DNA of 64,000 bases, from positions 5,920,001 to 5,984,000 of the forward strand of contig OZ242214.1 of the NCBI GenBank assembly GCA_965206595.1, given 5' to 3'. The position numbers were made by a program, and so were the translations under genes. Shown in pieces: positions 9,444 to 19,379 of the stretch (position 1 is the first letter of the stretch; every line of letters starts with the position of its first letter). This stretch comes from Candidatus Latescibacterota bacterium (GTDB lineage Bacteria; Latescibacterota; UBA2968; UBA8231). The notes under the pieces were generated by a model. It saw only the letters and a list, made by a program, of their open reading frames with translations, made no database searches and was not told the origin of the DNA.

Positions 9444-10327
9444 GGCATGATCTGCTTGCTGAGGACGGCGCGCGTCGTCACCGGAAACTCCCCCGGTTCG
9501 CAGCACTGGCAGATCTGCACGTCCGCGGCGGCGCTCATCAGCATGTAGGCCTCCTCGAAGCTCAGGCCCATCCGTTTCTGCATCAGCAGGACCATCTCTT
9601 CAGCCGCCATTCTCGCCGCGGCCCCCAGGTCCTGGTGGTCCCCGGTCGTTATCCAGGCGTCGTCCGTCTCGATAAGAGGACGGCGCAGCGGCTCCCCCTT
9701 GCGCAGCTCCACCCGGACCGTCACCTCGGCGCAGATCTCCAGGCCGATGAAGGTGATCTCGCCGTCTCCCATGGCCGCGTGGACGTCGCCGAGCGCCAGA
9801 CCCGCTCCCGGAACCGCGATCGGCAAATGGATGCGGCTGCCGGCAGCGGCGTGCTTGTTGTCCATGTTGCCGCCGTGGGGACCGGCGAAGGCCGTGCGGA
9901 TGCCGTCACCGGCTGGGGCTGTGCCGATCACTCCTATCATCGGGTGAGCGGGAAAGCGGATGTCGCCGAAACGGACGACCCCGTCCTTCACCTCGACGAT
10001 GCGCGTAGCGTACTCCTCTGCGAGATGGGCGAGCAGTCCCTCCCCCTTCTTCACCGCGAGGAAGCCATGGTCAGCAGGATCGATGGCCTCGACGTGAACG
10101 CACAGGCTGTCTCCTGGTTGGGCGCCGCGAACTTCAACGGGTCCTGTCGCCGGATTCGAGCCGTCGGGGTGGGGGCGGTCGAGCAGGTCGGCGTCAGTAC
10201 GAATCGTTCCGGTGCGGGCGTCGAAGGTCTCGAACAGGACGGTGTCGCCGCTGTCGATCATCGCGGCAGGGGGCAGCTCCTTGTCGAGGCGGTACTGGAT
10301 GTGATCGCGGGTTATGCGATGTATCAT
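9440..10327 (-). CDS. Acetamidase/formamidase family protein
   Basis: [44 protein letters not shown]. Confidence 0.9.
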   Translation of the reverse strand: MIHRITRDHIQYRLDKELPPAAMIDSGDTVLFETFDARTGTIRTDADLLDRPHPDGSNPATGPVEVRGAQPGDSLCVHVEAIDPADHGFLAVKKGEGLLAHLAEEYATRIVEVKDGVVRFGDIRFPAHPMIGVIGTAPAGDGIRTAFAGPHGGNMDNKHAAAGSRIHLPIAVPGAGLALGDVHAAMGDGEITFIGLEICAEVTVRVELRKGEPLRRPLIETDDAWITTGDHQDLGAAARMAAEEMVLLMQKRMGLSFEEAYMLMSAAADVQICQCCEPGEFPVTTRAVLSKQIMP

Positions 10328-10470
10328 GCCGCCCTGGCTTGTCCGGGGAAAGGTGCTTTTGCGGGGGCAAAAGGATCGCGCGGATTCCGCGTCTACCGGG
10401 CAATCCGGCATGGTTGAGGGGCTGTTCAGGCTGCGGGCAAGCAGATGATCGGGAGGACCAGGAGGCGTCC

Positions 10471-10803
10471 TCAGATCTCCGTGGCTTTGTCGCTGCCGGT
10501 TCCTTCCAGGTCGGCCCTGATCCGCCCGAGCTCCTCCTCCTTCTCCGTCAGCTCGCGCTCACAGGCCCGGATCCGGTCGCATAGTTCCTGCACCGCGGAG
10601 TCGTCCGGCGCGGGGATCCTGCCCGACTGCACGCGGCTGTAGACCTCGTTCCCCAGTTCGGCCTTGAGCCTGGAAAGGCGGGTCTTGGCAGCGGCAATGT
10701 CGAGCCGGGCACGGCCGAGAAGGGTCAGCTCCTCGGCCTTGTTGACGGCCAACTCGGCTCCGTCATGGAGCCCTCTCTTGATGCTGTTCCACATTTTTTC
10801 CAC
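10471..10803 (-). CDS. Hypothetical coiled-coil protein
   Basis: GTG start after GGAG; helical MWNSIKRGLHDGA...LGNEVY. Confidence 0.65.
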   Translation of the reverse strand: MEKMWNSIKRGLHDGAELAVNKAEELTLLGRARLDIAAAKTRLSRLKAELGNEVYSRVQSGRIPAPDDSAVQELCDRIRACERELTEKEEELGRIRADLEGTGSDKATEI

Positions 10804-10872
10804 GTCAGGTCTCCGTATTCGAGTGTCGCTTCCTGTTGCCGCGGCGCACCCCGGTCCGTGGTTTTCCGCAAT

Positions 10873-10930
10873 AAAAAAACCGCCAAACCATTTCGATGTC
10901 GGCTTGCAGCATCGAAATGGCATCGGCGGT
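10873..10930 (-). terminator. Rho-independent terminator downstream of rpsR
   Basis: Minus strand: ACCGCC..CCATTTCGATG-loop-CATCGAAATGG..GGCGGT followed by TTTTTTATT. Confidence 0.7.
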
Positions 10931-11022
10931 ATTGCGGGCGGATTCTCCGCGAGCCGGCATCCGGAAGCAACAGGTGCCTCCGGCGCTTCTTCCCGAATCC
11001 CGGGCTCGAACCCGGCGGCGGA

Positions 11023-11244
11023 CTAGCGGGTGTCGTTGATCGAGTACGGCAGCAGACCGAGGTGACGCGCCCGCTTGATGGCCTGAACGATACGCGCCTG
11101 CTGCTTGCGGTTCGCACCGGTTCGCCGCGCTGCTTCGATCTTGCCGCTGGGACCCAGGAATCTGGAAAGGACGTCGAGCTTCTTGTAGTCTATGTCTTCC
11201 AGTTTGAGCTTGGCGGTGAACTCTTTGCGGCTGGATCTGTTGAT
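11023..11244 (-). CDS. rpsR: 30S ribosomal protein S18 (Cys-free, stand-alone; probable ATC start)
   Basis: IDYKKLDVLSRFLGPSGKIEAARRTG...QQARIVQAIKRARHLGLLPY; start codon uncertain. Confidence 0.9.
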   Translation of the reverse strand: MNRSSRKEFTAKLKLEDIDYKKLDVLSRFLGPSGKIEAARRTGANRKQQARIVQAIKRARHLGLLPYSINDTR

Positions 11245-11278
11245 TTTCCAATCCCCTTGAGAGAGCGTTAAGCCGGTT

Positions 11279-11307
11279 AAACTACCGAGTTTGGGCGCCA
11301 AAGTCAA
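11279..11307 (-). promoter_or_regulatory. sigma70-type promoter for rpsR
   Basis: TTGACT (11307-11302), 17-nt spacer, TAGTTT (11284-11279). Confidence 0.65.
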
Positions 11308-11324
11308 TTTTCCATCGGGTTGCA

Positions 11325-11753
11325 GTGAACGACGTTCGCATACATTCCGGCTTCGCGATTCCCGAGCGGGAACTGCGGTTTGTTTTCACCGCCAGCCCCG
11401 GCCCGGGAGGGCAGAACGTCAACCGCGTCAACACGCGAGCGGAGCTCCGCTTTGACGTGAAGGGGAGCCCATCCCTCGACGAGGTGCAGAGAGGCCGCAT
11501 TCTCCGCGCCCTCGGCTCCCGGCTTTCCGGGGAAGGCATTCTGGCGATTCGGTCTTCCCGCTTCCGGTCCCAGTGGCGCAACAGGGCCGATTGCATCGAC
11601 CGCTTCGTCCGCCAGATCGCCGAAGCCCTGCGTCCGCCCCCGAAACCGCGCAAGCGCACCCGGCCCAGCCCGGCCTCCCAAGCCCGTCGAATCCAGCAGA
11701 AGCGCAATCAGTCGCTGAAGAAGGCGCTGCGCCGGCGTCCTCCGACGGCGTAA
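11325..11753 (+). CDS. arfB: Alternative ribosome rescue peptidyl-tRNA hydrolase ArfB
   Basis: GPGGQNVN motif, RSQWRNR, basic C-terminal tail. Confidence 0.92.
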   Translation: MNDVRIHSGFAIPERELRFVFTASPGPGGQNVNRVNTRAELRFDVKGSPSLDEVQRGRILRALGSRLSGEGILAIRSSRFRSQWRNRADCIDRFVRQIAEALRPPPKPRKRTRPSPASQARRIQQKRNQSLKKALRRRPPTA

Positions 11754-12093
11754 ACGAGTCGCCATCGTCTGGACGGGGTGGTCCGGTCTGCAGAAGGGCG
11801 TTCGGATCCGGGTTCCTGAAGTTCTGGGGGGAGATGCCAGACGGCTTCGCCCGCGCACCGCCGCCGTCATCCCCTCCGGAACCTCTCGCCGCTTCGGGGG
11901 ACCGGCCCTGCCCGGTTTCACCATTCCTAGCCTCCCCCCCCATTCCGAAATGACTTGCGAAAGTTTAATGTCATGCGTTAAGTTGACGTTAACGTAAAAG
12001 TCGTGATTGAAAATCGGCGCCACGGGAACCAGGTGTCCCGTGGCGCCGTCCATGAAGACTGAAACCCCCTTGGCGACAGTCAGGAGACAGTTG

Positions 12094-12942
12094 ATGCCTG
12101 GAACGAAGGAGCGGGACAAGGTCGAGAACCTCACCGAGATCTATTGGCGCGATATCAGGGACACCCAGCCGCTGAGCCGCTTGGAAGAGTTCGATCTGTT
12201 CACTCGCATCAAGCAGGGGGATGAAGAGGCGAGGGAAAAAGTCATTACCGCCAACCTCAGGTTCGTCGTCAGCGTCGCGCGTGAATACAAGGATTACGGG
12301 CTTTCGCTGCTCGAGCTGGTCTCCGAGGGCAACGTCGGTCTTCTCGAGGCGGTCAAGAGATTCGACGAGACTCGCGGGTTCAAGTTCATCACGTACGCCG
12401 TCTGGTGGATCCGTCAGGCGATCCTCAAGGCCCTGGCCGAGCATGGAAGGATCGCCCGCCCGCCGATGAGCCAGGTGAACGACCTGCAGAAGATCGAGAA
12501 AGAGGCGGGGGTGCTCGGCCAGCGCCTCGGCCGCGAGCCGACCGATGCCGAGCTCTGCGAGCATGTCGACATCAGCTGGGTGCGAGCTCGAAACGCCCGG
12601 CGGATATCGCAACAGGACCTCTCCTTCGACGCCCCGGTCTTCCCCGACGAAAACACGACCCTTCATGCCGTGATCGGGTCGGACCAGGAAGGTGCCGAGG
12701 ATGTCCTCCACGAGGGCGAGATGAAACGCAGGATCGCCGACTGCCTGGAGATCCTCGACGAGCGCGAGTACCGGATTGTCCGCGACTACTACGGGTTCGG
12801 CAGCCTGCCGCCGATGACCCTGGAGGAGATCGGCGGAACCCTGGGTGTCACGCGCGAACGCGTCCGGCAGCTCCGCAACCGCGCCCTGGAAAAGCTGCGC
12901 GAAAGCTGCGGGGAAACCCTCGTCCTGCTCTCGGAAAACTAG
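12094..12942 (+). CDS. RNA polymerase sigma-70 factor, RpoD/SigA-like (regions 1.2-4)
   Basis: ANLRFVVSVA, FDETRGFKFITYAVWWIRQ, TLEEIG...TRERVRQ. Confidence 0.92.
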   Translation: MPGTKERDKVENLTEIYWRDIRDTQPLSRLEEFDLFTRIKQGDEEAREKVITANLRFVVSVAREYKDYGLSLLELVSEGNVGLLEAVKRFDETRGFKFITYAVWWIRQAILKALAEHGRIARPPMSQVNDLQKIEKEAGVLGQRLGREPTDAELCEHVDISWVRARNARRISQQDLSFDAPVFPDENTTLHAVIGSDQEGAEDVLHEGEMKRRIADCLEILDEREYRIVRDYYGFGSLPPMTLEEIGGTLGVTRERVRQLRNRALEKLRESCGETLVLLSEN

Positions 12943-13083
12943 GGTCGCGTCCCCCGAAAAACCGGGAGTTGACCCGCATGGCGCAGCTTGGGGAACCCTC
13001 TTCCTGTCTGTGCATTGCGCCTTTTCCGCCCATTCGGCGCCAGCGCTCCCTGCAGGTGGGGCGTTCGGTCACCGATCCAGCCA

Positions 13084-14934
13084 TTATTCCGGCACACCCG
13101 CCGGGGGTTCCCCGGGCCGCCCGTCACCCGGCGATTTTTCCAAACCCGGCAGCAGGGCTTCGAGCTGTTCTACCGGCTCGCGCAGGGTCTCAATGGCGCC
13201 GCGCCAGAAGTCCGGGGACTCCAGCTCGCATCCGACCGTGGAGCGCGCCACCTCCTCCGCGGTAGCGCTTCCCGTCAGCCGCAGGAACTGCTCGTAGCGA
13301 GGCAGGAAGCCGGCCCCCTCCTCCCTGAAGCGGGCGAACAGACCCCGGCTGAGCAGGAATCCGTAGGTGTAGGGAAAGTTGTAGAACGTCACCCCGGTGA
13401 TGTAGAAGTGCAGCTTCGAGGCCCAGAACAGCGGGTCCTCTCCTCCCGGAATCAGCAGGTCGCCGAACAGCTCGCGCTGGGTCGAGACCATCAGCTCCTT
13501 CAGACGGCTGACCGCGACCTCCCCCTTCGAACGCTCCTCGTGAAAGCGCTTTTCGAACTCGTAGCGTACCGGGATGTCCATCAGGTAGATGGTCGCGTGA
13601 GCGGTCTCCAGGTCGAGGATGCGCGCCTTCTCCTTGTCTCCGATCCCCGGGTCGGCCAGCAGCCCCTCCGTCAGGATCATCTCGGCGAAAGTCGATGCGG
13701 ATTCGGCCAGTGTCATCGGGTACTGGTGCGCCAACGGACGCACTTCCCGCATTACGTGGCTGTGGAAGGCGTGGCCGGCCTCGTGCGCCAGCGTGCGCAC
13801 GTCGTTGGCGCTGTCGTTGAAGGTCATGTAGATCCGCGATTCCCGCGTCAGGAGCGAGCCGGCGCAGAACGCTCCCGCCCGCTTGCCCGCCCGCGGCTCC
13901 CATTCGATCCACCCTGCGTCGATCAGGCCGCGAGTGAAGCGGCCGAGCTCGGGATAGGCGCCGGAGAACGCCGCGGTGACCAGCTCTCCGGCCTCGGTCC
14001 AGGAGATTCCGGATGATTGCCTGCTCTCCAGAGGCAGGGGGGCCTCGAGATCGTACCAGGCGACGCCGTCCGTGCCCATCGCGTCCGCTTTCAGCCGCAG
14101 GATGCGCCGCGGCAGCTCGGAGGCGTCGAAAATCGCCTCGAACATCGCGTCGAGGGTCTTGCGAGAGGTGGCCGCCTGAAACAGGGCGACGTCGAGGAAG
14201 TGGTCGATGCCGCGATTGCGGTTGAGCGTGAGGCGCGTCCCGGCGATGGCGTTGAGGGCCGCCGCGGCCACGTCCTCGACTTCCGACCAGGCGCGGTTGC
14301 CTCCTGCGAAGGCAGCCTGCCGCACCGCCCGGTCCGGGTGGCCGGTCAGGGCGCGCCGCTGGGACATCGGCAGGCGCTCGCTGCGGCCGTCGGGCCAGAT
14401 CATGTCGAACTCCAGCTTCCCCGACAGGGTGTCGTAGAGACGGCCCCAGGCGTGGATCCCGTCCACTGCGAGGTCGGAGGCAACCCGTTCTTCTCCGGGC
14501 GCCATGGTGCGCCGCCCCAGCTCGCGGACGCGGATCAGGTGGTGGGCGCAACCGGCGAGTTGGGGGGCTTCGAGAAAGGCGGAGAACTCCGCTTCCCCCG
14601 CTCCCGCCAGGCCCCGCTTGAGCTCGACGTCCAGCTTTTCCGAGCGCGCTTCGATCAGGGCGAAGGCAGTTTCCTCTCCCTTGTAGGCCTCGTTGGCGGC
14701 CTCGGCCGCGGTCAGGCAGCCGAGGTAGGAGCCCAGGTGGGAAAGCCGCGCCAGCAGCTCCTCGGTGCGGACGAAGACAGCTACCCAGTCGCCGATGTTG
14801 TTGTCCTGTCCGAGCGGGGCCAGGGAAGCGGCCTCCTGTTCGACGGCATCCAGGTCGCGCTTGAGCTCCTGCTTGAAGCGGCGCATCTCCGGCCCGTCGA
14901 AAGAGGGGAAGTAGCTGCTCAGATCCCAGTTCAT
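13084..14934 (-). CDS. pepF: Oligoendopeptidase F (M3B family)
   Basis: WDLSSYF N-terminus, GKRAGAFC, TLAHEAGHAFH, LAESASTFAE, FYNFPYTYG. Confidence 0.88.
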   Translation of the reverse strand: MNWDLSSYFPSFDGPEMRRFKQELKRDLDAVEQEAASLAPLGQDNNIGDWVAVFVRTEELLARLSHLGSYLGCLTAAEAANEAYKGEETAFALIEARSEKLDVELKRGLAGAGEAEFSAFLEAPQLAGCAHHLIRVRELGRRTMAPGEERVASDLAVDGIHAWGRLYDTLSGKLEFDMIWPDGRSERLPMSQRRALTGHPDRAVRQAAFAGGNRAWSEVEDVAAAALNAIAGTRLTLNRNRGIDHFLDVALFQAATSRKTLDAMFEAIFDASELPRRILRLKADAMGTDGVAWYDLEAPLPLESRQSSGISWTEAGELVTAAFSGAYPELGRFTRGLIDAGWIEWEPRAGKRAGAFCAGSLLTRESRIYMTFNDSANDVRTLAHEAGHAFHSHVMREVRPLAHQYPMTLAESASTFAEMILTEGLLADPGIGDKEKARILDLETAHATIYLMDIPVRYEFEKRFHEERSKGEVAVSRLKELMVSTQRELFGDLLIPGGEDPLFWASKLHFYITGVTFYNFPYTYGFLLSRGLFARFREEGAGFLPRYEQFLRLTGSATAEEVARSTVGCELESPDFWRGAIETLREPVEQLEALLPGLEKSPGDGRPGEPPAGVPE

Positions 14935-15164
14935 TGGCTAATGGCCCTGGTTGCGCCGGCCAGCGAGGGCCGGCTTCAGCGAGTCCGGTACGGCGACGAG
15001 ATCGATGCGGGTCCTGTCGGCGACGAGGCCCAGCGCCCGCACCAGGTTGACGGCCGTCGGCGCGTGCCGCAGCTGTTGGCAAACGGTACGGCGAGCAACT
15101 CGCCGGGGCTGCAGGCGGGTGACCTTCGGGCCGACGGGACGGAGGGAGTTGCAGCCGGCGGAGG

Positions 15165-17051
15165 CTACAGGAATCTGCAGGACTTCAGCTCGCGGGCAGA
15201 GAGGCGGATGCCCCCCGCCTTCAGGCCGCGTACCGGGTAGTCGGACACGGCGAAGCACTCGTTAAGCACACGCAGCCTGGGCTTCGGCTTGTAGTCGACC
15301 GAAACGGTGGCGTCCGGACTGGTGGTAAGGCGCAGCAGCTTGCAGCCTTCCGGGACCAGTTCGTACGAGCGGTTGAGGATGAACTGGTCGATGACGCAGC
15401 GCTTGATGCAGGGCCGGCCCTTCGCGTCGCGGTAAACGGCGTTGAAGACCGTGTCCTTGTCGACGAAGCCGCAGTGAAGCATCCCCTTGCCGACGAAGAG
15501 CTTGTCGGGAGCGTCGATCACCGAGTAGGAGCCGCCGGCGCGGATCACCAGCACGCGGTCGTACTGGGATACGTTGAACTGCGCCTGTCCGTTCACTTCG
15601 TAGCCGAGATAGCCGCTCCCCTTGTCGTAGGCCAGTTTGAGGTCGCGCTTGGCAGCCTCGCGGACGTCGACCTTCTCGAGGGACAGGATCTCGGTGCGGC
15701 GCGGAAACAGCGGGCGCTGCTTCTCGATCAGGTTTTCGAGAAAGGCGATCGCGTACGGAATGATGTTTTCCAGGTGGTGGGCGACCTGTTTCAGCCGCTC
15801 CTCGATCTCGCGCGCTTCCTTATTGGCGCGCTCCATGTCGTAAAGCGAGATGCGGCGGATGGGGATCCTGAGCAGGGTGTCGACGTCGTCGAGGGTAACC
15901 TCTCTGCCGATCTCTGCACGGTGCGGCTCGAGGCCGGACAGTACCGCCTGCAGGACGGCGTCGGCGCTCTTCTTGTCCTCGATCTCCTGGTAGATCCGGT
16001 TTTCGATGAAGATCCGTTCGAGCGTCCGGGCGTGCAGCCTGTCCTTGAGCCGGCCCTGCTCGACCAGAAGCTCGGCCTTCAGGATGTCGACGAGCCGGTC
16101 GACGTTGTGCCGCAGGATCTCGGCGACGCCCATTACCCGCGGTTTGTCGCCATCGATCACCACCGGGTTGCAGGACAGGGACAGTTCGCAATCGGTGAAG
16201 GCGTAAAGCGCGTCGACCACCTCCTGGCCGTAGACGCCGCGCGGCAGCTTGATCTCGACCTCGACGTTCTCGGCGGTGTAGTCGTGGATGCTGGAGATCC
16301 TGACCTTGTTCTTGCGGGCGGCGTCCTCGACCGAGGCGATCAGCAGCTCCGTGGTCGTGCCGTAGGGGATCTCGGTGATGACGATCCGCTTGGGGTCGGA
16401 CAGATCCATGCGCGCCCGCACCAGCACCTTGCCCTTGCCGCCGGCGTACTGCGACACGTCGGCCATGCCCGCCGTAGGGAAGTCCGGGAGGAGCTCGAAC
16501 TCCCCATTCTTCAAGTAGGCGACCTGCGCCTCGAGCAGCTCGATCAGGTTGTGCGGCAGGATGCGCGTCGCCATGCCCACGGCGATCCCTTCAGCTCCCT
16601 GCGCCAGCAGCACCGGTAACTTCGCCGGCAGGATCACCGGCTCCTTGTTGCGGCCGTCGTACGAATCGACGTACTCGGTGATCTCGGGATCGAACAGGAC
16701 CTCGGAGGCGAGAGGGGACAGGCGGCACTCGATGTAGCGGGCGGCCGAGGCCATGTCGCCGGTGTAAATGTTGCCGAAGTTCCCCTGCCGGTCGATGAAC
16801 AGCTCCTTGTTCGCCAGCACGACGAGGGCCGAATAGATCGAGGCGTCGCCGTGCGGGTGGTATCTCATGGTGTGGCCGACGACGTTGGCGACTTTGTGAA
16901 ACTTGCCGTCGTCGAGCTCGAAGAGGGCGTGCAGGATGCGCCGCTGCACCGGTTTGAGCCCGTCGTCGACGTGGGGAATGGCGCGGTACTTGATCGCGTA
17001 CGAGGCGTACTCGACGAAGTTTTTCTCGTACAGGGTGTCTACGTAAGCCAT
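15165..17051 (-). CDS. parC: DNA topoisomerase IV subunit A
   Basis: RAIPHVDDGLKPVQRR, YHPHGD, ASAARYIE; short C-terminal domain, no GyrA box seen. Confidence 0.85.
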   Translation of the reverse strand: MAYVDTLYEKNFVEYASYAIKYRAIPHVDDGLKPVQRRILHALFELDDGKFHKVANVVGHTMRYHPHGDASIYSALVVLANKELFIDRQGNFGNIYTGDMASAARYIECRLSPLASEVLFDPEITEYVDSYDGRNKEPVILPAKLPVLLAQGAEGIAVGMATRILPHNLIELLEAQVAYLKNGEFELLPDFPTAGMADVSQYAGGKGKVLVRARMDLSDPKRIVITEIPYGTTTELLIASVEDAARKNKVRISSIHDYTAENVEVEIKLPRGVYGQEVVDALYAFTDCELSLSCNPVVIDGDKPRVMGVAEILRHNVDRLVDILKAELLVEQGRLKDRLHARTLERIFIENRIYQEIEDKKSADAVLQAVLSGLEPHRAEIGREVTLDDVDTLLRIPIRRISLYDMERANKEAREIEERLKQVAHHLENIIPYAIAFLENLIEKQRPLFPRRTEILSLEKVDVREAAKRDLKLAYDKGSGYLGYEVNGQAQFNVSQYDRVLVIRAGGSYSVIDAPDKLFVGKGMLHCGFVDKDTVFNAVYRDAKGRPCIKRCVIDQFILNRSYELVPEGCKLLRLTTSPDATVSVDYKPKPRLRVLNECFAVSDYPVRGLKAGGIRLSARELKSCRFL

Positions 17052-17063
17052 CTCTGTTCAGTG

Positions 17064-17115
17064 GGGGTGGAGGCGGAGGCCGCCCGGCTCGCCGGGCGGC
17101 CTCCGCCTCCACCCC
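17064..17115. repeat. Perfect 25-bp inverted repeat with 2-nt spacer between parE and parC
   Basis: GGGGTGGAGGCGGAGGCCGCCCGGC-TC-GCCGGGCGGCCTCCGCCTCCACCCC. Confidence 0.95.
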
Positions 17116-18999
17116 TCAGACGAGGTTCTCCATGATGAAATCGCGGCGCTCGGGGGTGTTCTTGCCCATGTAGAAGGACATGGTTCCCGGCACTTCGGCA
17201 ATCGACCGGACGCTGACTTTCACCAGCCGCATGTCGCCGCCGATGAACTGCCCGAACTCCTTCGGGGAGATCTCGCCCAGTCCCTTGAATCGCGTCACCT
17301 CGGGCTGCTGCATGCCTTGGAGCGCCCGGTCCCGCTCCTTGTCGCTGTAGCAGTAGACGGTCTCCTTCCTGGAGCGCACCCGGAACAGCGGCGTTTCCAG
17401 TATGTAGAGATGCCCGGCGATGACCAGCTCCTCGAAGAAATTGAGGAAGAACGTCATTAGCAGGTTGCGGATGTGGAAGCCGTCGACGTCGGCGTCGGTG
17501 GCGATCACGACGCGTTCGTAGCGCAGATTCTCGATTCCGTCCTCGATACCGAGGGCCATCATCAGGTTGAACAGCTCTTCGTTTTTGTAGGTGGCGGCCT
17601 TGCCGCGGCCGAACATGTTCTGCGGTTTCCCCTTGAGGGTGAAGATCGCCTGCGTATTCGGGTCGCGCGCCGACACGATCGACCCGGCCGCGGACTGCCC
17701 CTCGGTCAGGAAGATCGTCGACTCCCCGCCGTGCCTGTGGCCGCGGTTGTACTTGCAGTCGCGCAGATTCGGATTCCTGATCTGGATTTTGCGGGCCGCG
17801 TCCTTGGCCTCCTTCTTAACCGCGTTCAGCTCCTTGCGCAGCTTCTCGTTATGAACGATGCGCCTTTCCAGGGTTTCGGCGGCGTCGCGGTTCTTGTGCA
17901 GGAAGTCGACGACCGCCCCCTTGACCTCGTTGACGACCCAGCCTCGCAGGTCGGTGTTGCCGAGCTTGTTCTTGGTCTGCGACTCGAACACCGGATCCCG
18001 CAGCTTGACGGCGACGGCCCCGGCCAGTCCTTCGCGGACGTCGACGCCGCCGTAGTTCTTGCGGTAGAACTCGTTGACCCCCTTGAGAATCCCCTCGCGG
18101 AAGGCGCTCTGATGGGTGCCCCCGTCGCTGGTGAACTGGCCGTTGACGAAGGAGCGGTAGGACTCGCCGTAGCCGTCGATGTGGGTGAAGGCGAACTCGA
18201 GCGCCTGCGACCGGAAATAGGCCGGGGGGTAGGTTTCCCCGTCTCCCACCTCGCGTTTCAGCAGATCGAGCAGACCTCCTTTCGACTTGAACTTCTCGCC
18301 TTCGAGAAACAGCTGCAGGCCCCTGTTGAGGCAGGCGTAGTTCCACAGGCGCCGGGCGAGGAAATCGCGCTCGTACCGGTATTCTCCGAAGATCTCCTCG
18401 TCCGGGGTGAACTCGACCAGGGTGCCGGCCGGTTCCCCCTGGGCTTTCCCGGTTCGGGTGCGGCCGACCTGGGTACCGCGCTTGAATTCCGCCTTGGCGT
18501 ACTTCCCGTCGCGGTAGCTGACGACGCGAAACGACCTCGAGAGGGCGTTGACGGCCTTGGTGCCGACCCCGTTCAGGCCGACGCTGAACTGGAAGACGTC
18601 GTCGTTGTACTTGGCGCCCGTGTTGATGACGGATACGCACTCGACCACCTTGCCGAGCGGAATGCCGCGCCCGTAGTCGCGCACCCGCACCGCTGCGCCT
18701 TCGGTCCCGTCCTCGATTGCGATCTCGATCTTCTTTCCGAATCCCATGATGTGCTCGTCGACACCGTTGTCGATCACCTCCTTGATCAGCACGTAGATGC
18801 CGTCGTCCGGGTCGGACCCGTTGCCGAGGCGCCCGATGTACATGCCGGTGCGCAGGCGGATGTGCTCGAGAGAGCTGAGGGTCTTGATCTTGCTCTCGTC
18901 GTACGCCGAGCCGGGAGGTTGCTTGCCGTTCTTTCCGGAGCCGGTGGCGCCGGATTTGGAGAAGGATATCTCGCTCTGAAGTGCTGTCGCTGAAGTCAT
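17116..18999 (-). CDS. parE: DNA topoisomerase IV subunit B
   Basis: EHIRLRTGMYIG, EVIDNGVDE, GLNGVG, TEGQSA, ATDADVDG, RFKGLGE. Confidence 0.88.
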   Translation of the reverse strand: MTSATALQSEISFSKSGATGSGKNGKQPPGSAYDESKIKTLSSLEHIRLRTGMYIGRLGNGSDPDDGIYVLIKEVIDNGVDEHIMGFGKKIEIAIEDGTEGAAVRVRDYGRGIPLGKVVECVSVINTGAKYNDDVFQFSVGLNGVGTKAVNALSRSFRVVSYRDGKYAKAEFKRGTQVGRTRTGKAQGEPAGTLVEFTPDEEIFGEYRYERDFLARRLWNYACLNRGLQLFLEGEKFKSKGGLLDLLKREVGDGETYPPAYFRSQALEFAFTHIDGYGESYRSFVNGQFTSDGGTHQSAFREGILKGVNEFYRKNYGGVDVREGLAGAVAVKLRDPVFESQTKNKLGNTDLRGWVVNEVKGAVVDFLHKNRDAAETLERRIVHNEKLRKELNAVKKEAKDAARKIQIRNPNLRDCKYNRGHRHGGESTIFLTEGQSAAGSIVSARDPNTQAIFTLKGKPQNMFGRGKAATYKNEELFNLMMALGIEDGIENLRYERVVIATDADVDGFHIRNLLMTFFLNFFEELVIAGHLYILETPLFRVRSRKETVYCYSDKERDRALQGMQQPEVTRFKGLGEISPKEFGQFIGGDMRLVKVSVRSIAEVPGTMSFYMGKNTPERRDFIMENLV

Positions 19000-19379
19000 G
19001 GTTGCTTTTGCATCTCACTCGACCCGGCCGGGAGACTGGCGGGCAAAGCGGCCGCGGAAAACGGATGGGTTGTCCCGCGGATTATTCGTTGGACCGGGGA
19101 TGGAGAAACGGCGTCACCGGGGAGGCAGCCGACCGACTTTGCCAAGATAATCACGCTTGCGGATCGGCGCACCGGGCGCGGCGGCAGGGAGAATTCGGGC
19201 TGGTTCTGCCGGGTCGTCTTCCCGGCGTGGGGGGGGTTCGCATGCACGGGGTTTCGATCCTTCGGCCGGAAAACGCCCTTCGCCTTCAAACCTGCCGGCG
19301 GTCGGCCTCGCAACGACACCGGAACTCTTTGCCTCGAAAACGGCCGCGGGCGCGACCGTGTCAAGCCAGAGGCAAAGCT

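Noticed and set aside
19000-19379. Long intergenic region as possible ncRNA or riboswitch
   Set aside because: No recognisable conserved RNA motif by eye; needs an Rfam search.
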